Positions 8,619 through 16,249 of a stretch of 64,000 nt of DNA are shown here, piece by piece. Numbering within the stretch: position 1 is the first letter of the stretch; every line of letters starts with the position of its first letter. Below the pieces are notes generated by a model. It did not search any database and was not told where the DNA came from. It was given only the letters and a program-made list of their open reading frames with translations. The DNA is from a virus, in the IMG/VR virus record IMGVR_UViG_3300009184_000033, positions 1 to 64,000 of that record, one strand, 5' to 3'. The translations under genes were made by a program, and so were the position numbers.

Positions 8619-10517
8619 TCAGATGATGTTCATGTCTGTGCAGGTGACCGTGCCGTAGAAGTCGGAGCGGACCATCTTCTTGCCGTACCTGGTCATGACG
8701 CCCTTACGCGGGGTGAAGTCTTCCGGAGCAAAGATCGTCGGGGTGACGATGAGCGGGACGTACGGAGCGTAGACGTATCCAGTCTCCAGGTAGCTTCCGC
8801 CCTTGTAACCGACGAGGATCTTGTTACGCGGGAAGTACGGGTCCTTGTAGACCGTGAAGCGGTTCGAGAGGGTACCAACCTTCTCTGCGCCGATGGTGAA
8901 CGGAGCGCCGACCTGGCCGGAGCCGTCGATGCTGTAGTTCGGGCGGTAGAGGACGGAGGCCTCAAGAACCGTGGCGACCTCAGGGGAGACCACGATGAAG
9001 TTCGCCGAGCCGCGCAGGGTCAACCTGTGGATCTCGTTGGCGACGTCGATGATCGTCTCGGTGAGGGTCTCGTACCACTCGCGGACCGTACCGGTGAACG
9101 CCGGACCCGGATTGAGCGTGTTGCCACGGGCAATCTCAGCGCCGGTGCGCTTGTTGAGGAACTTGCCTGGGCTGCGCGACCAGAAGAAGTTCGTCTTGGC
9201 GCCGGTGACGAGGTCGTTGAGGACCTCGCGGTCAATCTCAAGCGCGATCTGCTCGGAGAGGATCTGGGTGAGCTCAACCTCAGCATCCAGCGAGTGGTAT
9301 GCATTGAGGTCCTGCGCCAGTTCCGGGGACCAACGAGCACGGAGCTTGCGGGTCTGAGCGGTGACTGCGATCGACTCGATCTTGATGTCGATTTCCGGGA
9401 TCGTGGGGTTGGCCGCGCCGGTGCTGAACGTCGATTCGAAGGCCGGGATCGTGATCGCGGAACCATCGGTCGAGTTAGCGCTGAACTGGTCACCGACAAC
9501 GAAGTCGACCTTGAAGTTCGAGCTCATGTCTACCTGGCTGAGCGCACCGGAAACAACCATCTTCACAACCGTGGTGGAAGCGGAGAGGGGTGCAAGGGGG
9601 TTCGCTGTGAAGACGCCACCCGAGTAGGTGCCGAGCTCGTTAAGGCGACGGACGTTGTAGACGCCGATGCCCTGCTGGAGGTCGCCGCTGATCGGCGCGA
9701 GGCCGATCTGGGCGCCAATCGTCGCAGTTGACGAGACGAGTGCCACGTCCTTGATCATCGTACCGTCGCAGTTGTTGAGACCAGCTGTCGGGTAGATCAC
9801 GAAGGAGTAGACGCCGTCACCAGTCGAAGCGCCTGCGCCAGCCGAGTTGTTCTCGATCGCGTTGGTGACCTGGGGATCGAATCCGAGGAGACGACCGTCA
9901 GTACCAGTGGCGAAGGCCACGGTGCCGGCAGTGATCGTGTTCGTACCACGGTATGCACCGCGAGCGCCGTTGGTGCCAACGTTGTTAACGCCAGTGACCG
10001 AGCTGCGGACCCTGGAGTAGCCAGAGCCGGCGAGGTCGTACTGACCACCGACCGCGAGAGATCCGCTCTGGATGCCCTTGCCTGTCGGTGAGGTGTAGAT
10101 CGATGAGCCAGTGGCGTAGACCGCTGAGCCGGCGTCCAGTCCACCCTGGTTGGTACCATAGGTGTAGTCCATGTAGAACAGGAGGCCTGACGGGAGGCTC
10201 ATCGGCTGGATCGAGACGAGCTCGTTGGCGATGAGTCCGCCGAACACCCTACGGACGATCGGGAACGCGACGTTCTGGAATCCACGGATATCACCGGAGT
10301 CAGAGGCGCTAGCGCCACCAGTTCCGAGTGAGTTCACCTCGCGGAGGACCTGGGCAGCCTGGTTCTCCAGGAGGGTTGCCATATTCTCGCGGCCAGTGCC
10401 CTCGAGACCACGGAGGAGGCCTGTGCGGCTCCACTTCTCTACCAGGTGACGGTTCTGGGAGCCAACGTGGCGCTGGCGAATCCCCTCAGTCAGCTGGTCT
10501 AATGAAAACTTAGACAT
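8619..10517 (-). CDS. gp23: Major capsid protein (T4 gp23-like, HK97 fold), 632 aa
   Basis: LVEKWS...LLENQ propeptide; FPIVRRVF...SIQPMSLPSGLLFY; VTAQTRKLRARWSPELAQDLNAYHSLDAEVELT; YAPYVPL...FTPRKGVMTRYG. AGGAG RBS; strong codon bias. Confidence 0.97.
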   Translation of the reverse strand: MSKFSLDQLTEGIRQRHVGSQNRHLVEKWSRTGLLRGLEGTGRENMATLLENQAAQVLREVNSLGTGGASASDSGDIRGFQNVAFPIVRRVFGGLIANELVSIQPMSLPSGLLFYMDYTYGTNQGGLDAGSAVYATGSSIYTSPTGKGIQSGSLAVGGQYDLAGSGYSRVRSSVTGVNNVGTNGARGAYRGTNTITAGTVAFATGTDGRLLGFDPQVTNAIENNSAGAGASTGDGVYSFVIYPTAGLNNCDGTMIKDVALVSSTATIGAQIGLAPISGDLQQGIGVYNVRRLNELGTYSGGVFTANPLAPLSASTTVVKMVVSGALSQVDMSSNFKVDFVVGDQFSANSTDGSAITIPAFESTFSTGAANPTIPEIDIKIESIAVTAQTRKLRARWSPELAQDLNAYHSLDAEVELTQILSEQIALEIDREVLNDLVTGAKTNFFWSRSPGKFLNKRTGAEIARGNTLNPGPAFTGTVREWYETLTETIIDVANEIHRLTLRGSANFIVVSPEVATVLEASVLYRPNYSIDGSGQVGAPFTIGAEKVGTLSNRFTVYKDPYFPRNKILVGYKGGSYLETGYVYAPYVPLIVTPTIFAPEDFTPRKGVMTRYGKKMVRSDFYGTVTCTDMNII

Positions 10518-10553
10518 GATTTTTATTCTCCTGATTGGGTTATAGATTCGAGA

Positions 10554-12395
10554 TCACTCGCCGCCGTTTCTGATGCCGGCGAGGGTTGCCCAGCGGTCCA
10601 CCTCAACACCACTATTGGCCGGAGCACCGGACCGGGTTGATCTGGAAGAAGATGCGAGCAGTCTGTTGTTGCTCTCGGTTAGAGAGCCACTTGTTGACGA
10701 CTTACGGAGTGAGGAGCTGAGGCTCTCATAGAGAAGCTTCGCCTCACGGATTGTCTTGGCGCCGTCGAGCGCCTCGACCACAGCGCGCTGCTGGTTGTTC
10801 GAAAGCTCACGATTCTGCATGAGCTTATTTGCGAACAGCAACTTCGCGTTGAAAAGGTTCATTTCAGAGATCTGACGCTTGAGCTTGTCAGCCGCCGCCT
10901 CAGCAACCTGGGCGCGACGCTCAGCGGAGGCGGTACGACGGCGCGACTCAGAAGCCATCTTCTTCGGCACCGGTGCATCACCGATCTCATCGACTAGGGC
11001 GTTGAGTAGGGTGTCCTCGTCAACGTCCACAAACATCTCATCGCCGACCTCACCACCACCGAATGAACCGGCGGCGGCGACGGCCTCGCCCTCATAGAGG
11101 CGACGGCCACGGCGGGAAACTGGACGACGGCTCTCGCGAAGATTGCGGAGGCGACCGAGCTCACGGCGGATCATGGACTCGTCGATCTCGTAGACCTTCT
11201 CGTCCTCGGCTGCCTCATCCTCGGCCTCCATCATGTCACCGTCATCGCACTCATCAACCTCGTCCTCAGAGGCGCCTTCCATGAGGCCCATGGCGCGGAG
11301 AGCACGAGCGCGAGTCTCGTTCTTCTTCTTTGCCTCGTCCTTCTTCTTCTTGGCCTCATTCTTCTTCTTGTCGGCTTCCTTCTTCTTCTTGGTCTCAGCC
11401 TTCTTCTTGTCAGACTCGTTGGTCTTCTTCTTGCGGGCTTCGACAAGAGCGCGGGTGGCACGGCGGACAGCCTCCTCGACCGTCTCCTCCTCACCGCCTT
11501 CCTCTTCCTCTTCGCCACCCTCTTCATCAGAGGCCGAGACTTCCATTCCGACCGCGCCGGCAAGCTGCTCGATGGCGGACTTCACGGCGTCGACGTCGAC
11601 GTCACCGCCCTCGTCGCCCATGTCCTCATCGCCGCCCTCGTCGTCTCCGAGGTCGAGCTCGTCGCCGCCCTCTTCGTCGTCGGCCTCGTACATCTCGTCG
11701 TGCATTCCCTCGTCGTGCATTCCAGTCTCACCGACCATCTCCAAGAAAAGCTTCTTGAAGGCCGCTGTGTCTCTTCTGTTAGCCATGTTCTTAATCTCCA
11801 AAAGTGTTGCGTCCAAAAGTCTCTTGAGCCTAGAGCCTCTCGACTCTGTCATAACTATATTGCTGCCGAGCAAAGTTGCCGCCTCGTGCAACAGCCTCCC
11901 ATAGTATAGGATTGCCGTCTTGCGCTCAGTGGCTGATACATTCCGGAGGTCAACTCCCTTGAGTGCCTCCTGCAGGTTTATTGCCTTGCCCGCTAACTTG
12001 AGGATTCGAGACTTCGCCGCAGACCTGTTTAGGCTCTCCTTATTCAGGATCAGGTTCCTTCTGGACTTGTCACCCTCGAGATTGAGATTGAGATCACCCT
12101 GCACGGAGATCGAGAGCTTGGAGCTCGGATCTGACATTGCGGGTGTGGCTAGGCTGGAGAGGTCAATTGACTCTCCGCCAGTTGTGTCTGGCTCAGGCGA
12201 CGCCTCATCGGGCATCTCCATGTCCATGGAATCACTACCTTCTGAGTCCTCTTCCTCACCGACCAGCTCAGCCTCAATCAGGCGCTGGATCCTCGGCGTG
12301 ACGGCCTCAAGGATTTTGTTCTTTGCGTTATTCTCAGCGAGCTCTCTAAGCTGCCTGGCTTCGATAACTGCTTCCTGGAATATGTTGATGCTCAT
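10554..12395 (-). CDS. Prohead core / scaffolding protein (T4 gp22-like role), 613 aa
   Basis: Directly upstream of the MCP; very acidic low-complexity middle, coiled-coil C-terminus (LFNAKLLFANKL...IREAKLLYESL), many L/I-x-E sites. Confidence 0.8.
   Translation of the reverse strand: MSINIFQEAVIEARQLRELAENNAKNKILEAVTPRIQRLIEAELVGEEEDSEGSDSMDMEMPDEASPEPDTTGGESIDLSSLATPAMSDPSSKLSISVQGDLNLNLEGDKSRRNLILNKESLNRSAAKSRILKLAGKAINLQEALKGVDLRNVSATERKTAILYYGRLLHEAATLLGSNIVMTESRGSRLKRLLDATLLEIKNMANRRDTAAFKKLFLEMVGETGMHDEGMHDEMYEADDEEGGDELDLGDDEGGDEDMGDEGGDVDVDAVKSAIEQLAGAVGMEVSASDEEGGEEEEEGGEEETVEEAVRRATRALVEARKKKTNESDKKKAETKKKKEADKKKNEAKKKKDEAKKKNETRARALRAMGLMEGASEDEVDECDDGDMMEAEDEAAEDEKVYEIDESMIRRELGRLRNLRESRRPVSRRGRRLYEGEAVAAAGSFGGGEVGDEMFVDVDEDTLLNALVDEIGDAPVPKKMASESRRRTASAERRAQVAEAAADKLKRQISEMNLFNAKLLFANKLMQNRELSNNQQRAVVEALDGAKTIREAKLLYESLSSSLRKSSTSGSLTESNNRLLASSSRSTRSGAPANSGVEVDRWATLAGIRNGGE
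11313..11433 (-). repeat. Six imperfect 18-24 nt tandem repeats encoding KKK-x(0-2)-E-[AST] units
   Basis: KKKTNESD KKKAETK KKKEAD KKKNEAK KKKDEA KKKNET. Confidence 0.85.
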
Positions 12396-12421
12396 TCCTT
12401 CCTCAGATGATTGCTCAAGAT

Positions 12422-12428
12422 TATCTAT
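12422..12428 (-). promoter_or_regulatory. Putative late promoter ATAGATA (scaffold-MCP operon)
   Basis: ATANNTA motif 26 nt before the scaffold ATG; no such motif between scaffold and MCP. Confidence 0.65.
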
Positions 12429-12453
12429 TACGATCCAGCAGAGACTTCCTACG

Positions 12454-13065
12454 CTATCTGCGATTCTGCGATGTCACCTTGCGGGTTTTGCGCAAAATGT
12501 CATTGAGGTGGTCTTCATCCAGATCTTTTTCCATTATGTCGCTGAGCGAGAGCGGATCATAGTCCTCTTCTTCGAACTGCGGATATGGTGGCTTGGAGAA
12601 ACCAAGCTTTGTTCCCGTTGGCCTTATCCTGGAGCTGAAGCCGTCAGTGGGTCCCTGAGGGTAGACTGGCGCTGTACCGCCGGCAACTGCTTGTCTTCCC
12701 TGGTACATCCTTGGAAACGGCACCATGCCTTTTGAGGTGGAGGTCTCAGAGAGCTTGGTTGCCGCGCCGGCGAACGTGAACGGATCGACCTTGTTCTTTG
12801 CATAGGGGTCGCCAGGATTGTACGTGGAGAGCCTGGAGAGCACCGCCTCGTAGGTCTCATCATCGATCTCATCGGCGGCTTCAGTATCTTCAGCCGGAGA
12901 CGCTTCGTAGTCGTACTGGTAATACGCGCGAGGGTTATGGAACTTTGCTTTGAGAGTCCCATAACCCAAGTCGGTTTTTGCATCCGCCGCATTGGGGATG
13001 TTGTTGATGTGTCCGCGTCCAGAGACAGTGTTGACGCCCTTACTGTCCCTGAAGTAGTGGTTCAC
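12454..13065 (-). CDS. Hypothetical head-module protein (about 203 aa)
   Basis: Start moved to GTG 13065, 1 nt after the TAA of the upstream gene; the longer ORF-track version overlaps that gene. Confidence 0.7.
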   Translation of the reverse strand: MNHYFRDSKGVNTVSGRGHINNIPNAADAKTDLGYGTLKAKFHNPRAYYQYDYEASPAEDTEAADEIDDETYEAVLSRLSTYNPGDPYAKNKVDPFTFAGAATKLSETSTSKGMVPFPRMYQGRQAVAGGTAPVYPQGPTDGFSSRIRPTGTKLGFSKPPYPQFEEEDYDPLSLSDIMEKDLDEDHLNDILRKTRKVTSQNRR

Positions 13066-13066
13066 G

Positions 13067-13576
13067 TTATCTTGACCCTGCGGACTTTCCTGACATGTAG
13101 TCACCAAGCTTAGACGTGGACTGCTTCTTAGAAGCCTCAGAGGGCGAAGCACCAACGCCAGTTGCAAAGACTCCGTAGGAAGAGTCGGTGGCTGTAGTGC
13201 CGTAATCGGCAGGTGCCGCCACCTTGTCTGCGGGGTTTATGCTTCCAGGCCCCGGGGAGACTGGATTCGGCGTCCAAGCAGAGGCTGGTAGGCCAGCGGC
13301 GCCTGTCGGGACATCGCCCCAGTCAGGGGCTCCATTCTTGGAGTAGTCCATGTGAACCGTGCTACCAAACAGGCCATTTTCGACGTCTCCGTCAAGAACA
13401 TTTGTCTGGTAGTACTGGTGCAACTTGCTTTCAAGCCTGTTGGCCGCGATGGTAAGAGGCTCCTCTACGCCAACGGGGCTAGCAGGAAAGCAGCTCTTGA
13501 GCACGGCAGTGTCTGATTTTGATAGTGACGTGTCCTTACGGACTACCTCAACTGTTCCCTGTGTTCCTGTTGGCAT
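13067..13576 (-). CDS. Hypothetical head-module protein, 169 aa (Pro/Gly-rich)
   Basis: AAGGAG RBS; coding strand; motif APDWGDVPTG...AWTPNPVSPGPGS. Confidence 0.8.
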   Translation of the reverse strand: MPTGTQGTVEVVRKDTSLSKSDTAVLKSCFPASPVGVEEPLTIAANRLESKLHQYYQTNVLDGDVENGLFGSTVHMDYSKNGAPDWGDVPTGAAGLPASAWTPNPVSPGPGSINPADKVAAPADYGTTATDSSYGVFATGVGASPSEASKKQSTSKLGDYMSGKSAGSR

Positions 13577-13600
13577 CTCTTATCTCCTTGTCCTATTCAC

Positions 13601-13607
13601 TAATTAG
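13601..13607 (-). promoter_or_regulatory. Variant late promoter CTAATTA
   Basis: One mismatch to ATANNTA; 24 nt before ATG 13576; overlaps the stop of the upstream gene. Confidence 0.35.
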
Positions 13608-13879
13608 GCGTTTCTGCGGATCTTGCGACCGAGACGTACCTTGGACTCTGAGATCTTCCTGAGCTGATTGCGAAGGCGAGCTTCATGGATCTTCAGAGCC
13701 TTGTAGTGGTCGATGTCCTTCTCGAGCGTGTCGGCATAGCCGTCCGCGTCGGTCTCATCGGCGTCGACATCTTCAGGGTGCTCCTTTCCGGTCTCGAGGA
13801 CTTCCATGAGCTTTGCACGCTCTTCAAGAACGATCTTCCTGAGCAGTGCTGGGGTGAGTGATCTTACGTTACGTGACAT
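13604..13879 (-). CDS. Putative internal head / core protein, 91 aa
   Basis: GGAG RBS; N-terminal LTPALLRKIVLEE helix; acidic middle and basic tail. Confidence 0.7.
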   Translation of the reverse strand: MSRNVRSLTPALLRKIVLEERAKLMEVLETGKEHPEDVDADETDADGYADTLEKDIDHYKALKIHEARLRNQLRKISESKVRLGRKIRRNA

Positions 13880-13905
13880 TTTTACTCCGTGCTAAGCAGC
13901 AAGAT

Positions 13906-13912
13906 TACATAT
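13906..13912 (-). promoter_or_regulatory. Putative late promoter ATATGTA
   Basis: 26 nt before ATG 13879; shares ATATGTAAT with the 8553 site. Confidence 0.65.
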
Positions 13913-13940
13913 TCTGCTGGCGGTAAAACCAACTTCAATA

Positions 13941-14411
13941 CTAGATTGGACCGCCCCTCTTTGGCATAAACGCCAGATTTGCCCAATTGCCGGCGCCCTC
14001 AAAGAGGTCTGCAGGATCTGAGTTGGCTACCTTGAGCGTCGCTTGATCCACGCTTCCCTCTCTGAGACTAGCTAGCCCCGGATTCTTCTCAGCCTGGATC
14101 ATCTGCACCAGCGTGGTATTTGCTGTGTCCGCAAGAATATCGGCGAGTATTGGATCGCTGGTCACTCTTGCAATTGTCTGGGCATGCGTATTTACTTGTG
14201 ATGCTGGTCCGACCCTAGTGTTCTCAGCCAGCTTCCTGCGGAACTCAGCCTGGTCTGGCATCTTATTTGCCATTGCGGGTCTTGGAAGCGCCTGACGCAA
14301 AGACTTCGATTCAGCAATCTTGGAGCTTGAGCTCACAAGACCTTCGCTCAGGATCTCGACAAGGCACTCCTTGACAATCGACTTGAGCTCATCTCTGGAG
14401 AGCTTACTCAT
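13941..14411 (-). CDS. Putative internal head / core protein, 156 aa
   Basis: TGATG-coupled to the upstream gene; N-terminal LSRDELKSIVKECLVEILSEG; several L/I-x-E-[SG] sites. Confidence 0.7.
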   Translation of the reverse strand: MSKLSRDELKSIVKECLVEILSEGLVSSSSKIAESKSLRQALPRPAMANKMPDQAEFRRKLAENTRVGPASQVNTHAQTIARVTSDPILADILADTANTTLVQMIQAEKNPGLASLREGSVDQATLKVANSDPADLFEGAGNWANLAFMPKRGGPI

Positions 14412-14815
14412 CAACCGACTCCGAGAACGCCATTGGAGGCGCTGATCGCAGGCAGAGAGCCTGCTGGGATATTTGTCAGTCCGGCAAGAATGCTAAACGG
14501 TACAGCCGATGAGGAGCCAGAGAAGAACAGCGTGGTGCACTTCACCTCTAGTCTCGGTGTGGTCTGACCAGCCTGGACAATGAACTTGTTTCCACCATTG
14601 GATCCCGTGAGGGAGAAACCGAAAGCAAGGTTATCTGATACCGCTCTTGTCGCGCTGGTGCCCTGGTTGCTGATCACGACCCAGCGAGCAACATATGGAA
14701 ATGTGACAGAGGTGATACCATTGGCTGTAGTAACAGATGAAGTCACGTATGGGATTACGGACTGCTGGTACTCAGGAACGTAATTGTGATTGAGATTTGG
14801 CCAATTGGTTGACAT
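14411..14815 (-). CDS. Small beta-rich virion protein, 134 aa
   Basis: TAATG-coupled to the protease gene; Ser/Thr/Gly-rich and nearly uncharged. Confidence 0.65.
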   Translation of the reverse strand: MSTNWPNLNHNYVPEYQQSVIPYVTSSVTTANGITSVTFPYVARWVVISNQGTSATRAVSDNLAFGFSLTGSNGGNKFIVQAGQTTPRLEVKCTTLFFSGSSSAVPFSILAGLTNIPAGSLPAISASNGVLGVG

Positions 14816-15426
14816 TACTTCTTCCAGTCCAAGATGTCGTTAAAGATTCGGTCGATCCTATCGGTCTTATTGAAGACTCTGTTCAGGTCTCGACGGGAGA
14901 CTTCGACTCCCTCTCTCATCATGAAGGCGCCTGGAGTGCTGGGCTCTGATACGAAGTCCCAGCAGATCAGCTGGAAGTCGTCCTGGACGACCTGATAGTC
15001 TCCCTCTCTCTTCGTTGATCCTACGCCGCGCGATGAAATACCCAGCGTTACGCCAGACTCAACGAGGCTCTGGAGAATCTTTCCTGACGGAGTGTCGAGG
15101 AGCTCTACGGTTCCGTAGCAGACGTCGCCTTCCATGTGGGCTTCCCTGACGATGTGAGAGACATTCTTCAGCTCAACGACAGAAGACTCAGGGTGATCGC
15201 ACTCTCCAAGTGCGCGGTTCTCCTTGATGAACTTCTGGTAATTTCTGACCTCTCTCTCCAGAATCACTCTCGGGTAGACTCTGCCATTCTGGTTGAGGGT
15301 GTCAGACTTCTGAAGGATGCCTCGCATGACGATCTTGCCGCCATTCTTGTCGCGAGATTCCTTGATCTGATTTACTGTGTACTCGAACGGAGCCCAGTCC
15401 GTGATGAGCTTTAGGTTATTCTGCAT
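14815..15426 (-). CDS. gp21: Prohead core protein protease (T4 gp21-like), 203 aa
   Basis: NQNGRVYP, ALGECDHP (His), VSHIV, LLDTPSGKIL, LGISSRGVGS (Ser), DFVSEPS. Confidence 0.95.
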   Translation of the reverse strand: MQNNLKLITDWAPFEYTVNQIKESRDKNGGKIVMRGILQKSDTLNQNGRVYPRVILEREVRNYQKFIKENRALGECDHPESSVVELKNVSHIVREAHMEGDVCYGTVELLDTPSGKILQSLVESGVTLGISSRGVGSTKREGDYQVVQDDFQLICWDFVSEPSTPGAFMMREGVEVSRRDLNRVFNKTDRIDRIFNDILDWKK

Positions 15427-16249
15427 CCTTCGACTCCATTATCTCGTCCTTGAGCTTCGACAGGAGCAGGAACCTAGAGACCTGATCGTCATCGAGAACA
15501 TTCTCGTTCAGGATCTTGACGCCTGATTCTACCCTGTCGATCTTCTCAAGCAAAACCTTGTTTCCGCACTCTCTCTTGTATTTGGAGAGGCTCTTCTCTG
15601 CTGATTCCTTGATCGACTTCATGACTTTCTTAGCCTTCGTGCCATCACCAAAGATGTATGATCGCATCAGCTCAGACTGTTCTTCATTGAGGAGAGCGCC
15701 ATACTTCTTGTTGAACTTCTCTTGCATGATTCTAAGAGTCAGTTTGTCAGCCTTCGGCTCCTTGCTCAGGTCAGCCACCGACTTCTCCTCCCTCAGCATG
15801 CCAAACACCTTGGATTCATACTCGGCAGAAATAGCAATGTCTGGACTTGCGCTTCTCCAAGTGTTTAAGAGGGTCTGGATGGTCGCATATGACTTGTAGG
15901 CGTTTACCTTCTGGTCGTAGAAGCTAGACTCATTGACGATGTAGTTCACGTCCTTGATGAGCAGGGATTTCTCCCTCTCTAGCTTCATTGGGTCATGATT
16001 GCGCGCCGCCTTCATGGACTCTTCCAAAATCCTCGTTGCCAGGGAATCAGAAGGCACTGTGGTTTTTATGAGAGCGTTGAAGAGTCGGAACTCTTTGTAC
16101 AGCTCAGTTCCCTGCTTGAAGTGCTTCTTTATGATGCCCTTGATCGACTCGACCTTGGCCATATCATTCTCAACGATCGCGTTGGACATCGACAGCAATA
16201 GCTGTTCATAGATTATGCCAACATTCCGCTTCTTGTTGTGCTTAGCCAT
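15416..16249 (-). CDS. Hypothetical protein between portal and protease (probable prohead core component), 277 aa
   Basis: Start at MAKHNKKRN (ATG 16249); helical; L/I-x-E sites. Confidence 0.75.
   Translation of the reverse strand: MAKHNKKRNVGIIYEQLLLSMSNAIVENDMAKVESIKGIIKKHFKQGTELYKEFRLFNALIKTTVPSDSLATRILEESMKAARNHDPMKLEREKSLLIKDVNYIVNESSFYDQKVNAYKSYATIQTLLNTWRSASPDIAISAEYESKVFGMLREEKSVADLSKEPKADKLTLRIMQEKFNKKYGALLNEEQSELMRSYIFGDGTKAKKVMKSIKESAEKSLSKYKRECGNKVLLEKIDRVESGVKILNENVLDDDQVSRFLLLSKLKDEIMESKDAE

Noticed and set aside
8589-9731. 380-aa plus-strand ORF opposite the MCP, and the many other plus-strand or alternative-frame ORFs (e.g. 6271-6972, 11233-11904, 11920-12735, 16351-17145, 51109-51879, 55214-56014)
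   Set aside because: They are shadows of strongly codon-biased minus-strand genes. They show no family motifs, and the minus strand is already tiled by coupled genes.
4501-13920. Short stems flanking other late-promoter motifs (4501-4524, about 13897-13919), suggesting N4-like hairpin promoters
   Set aside because: The stems are 3-7 bp with mismatches or bulges and are absent at several sites, which is chance level. Only the 14-bp stem at 7644-7700 was kept.
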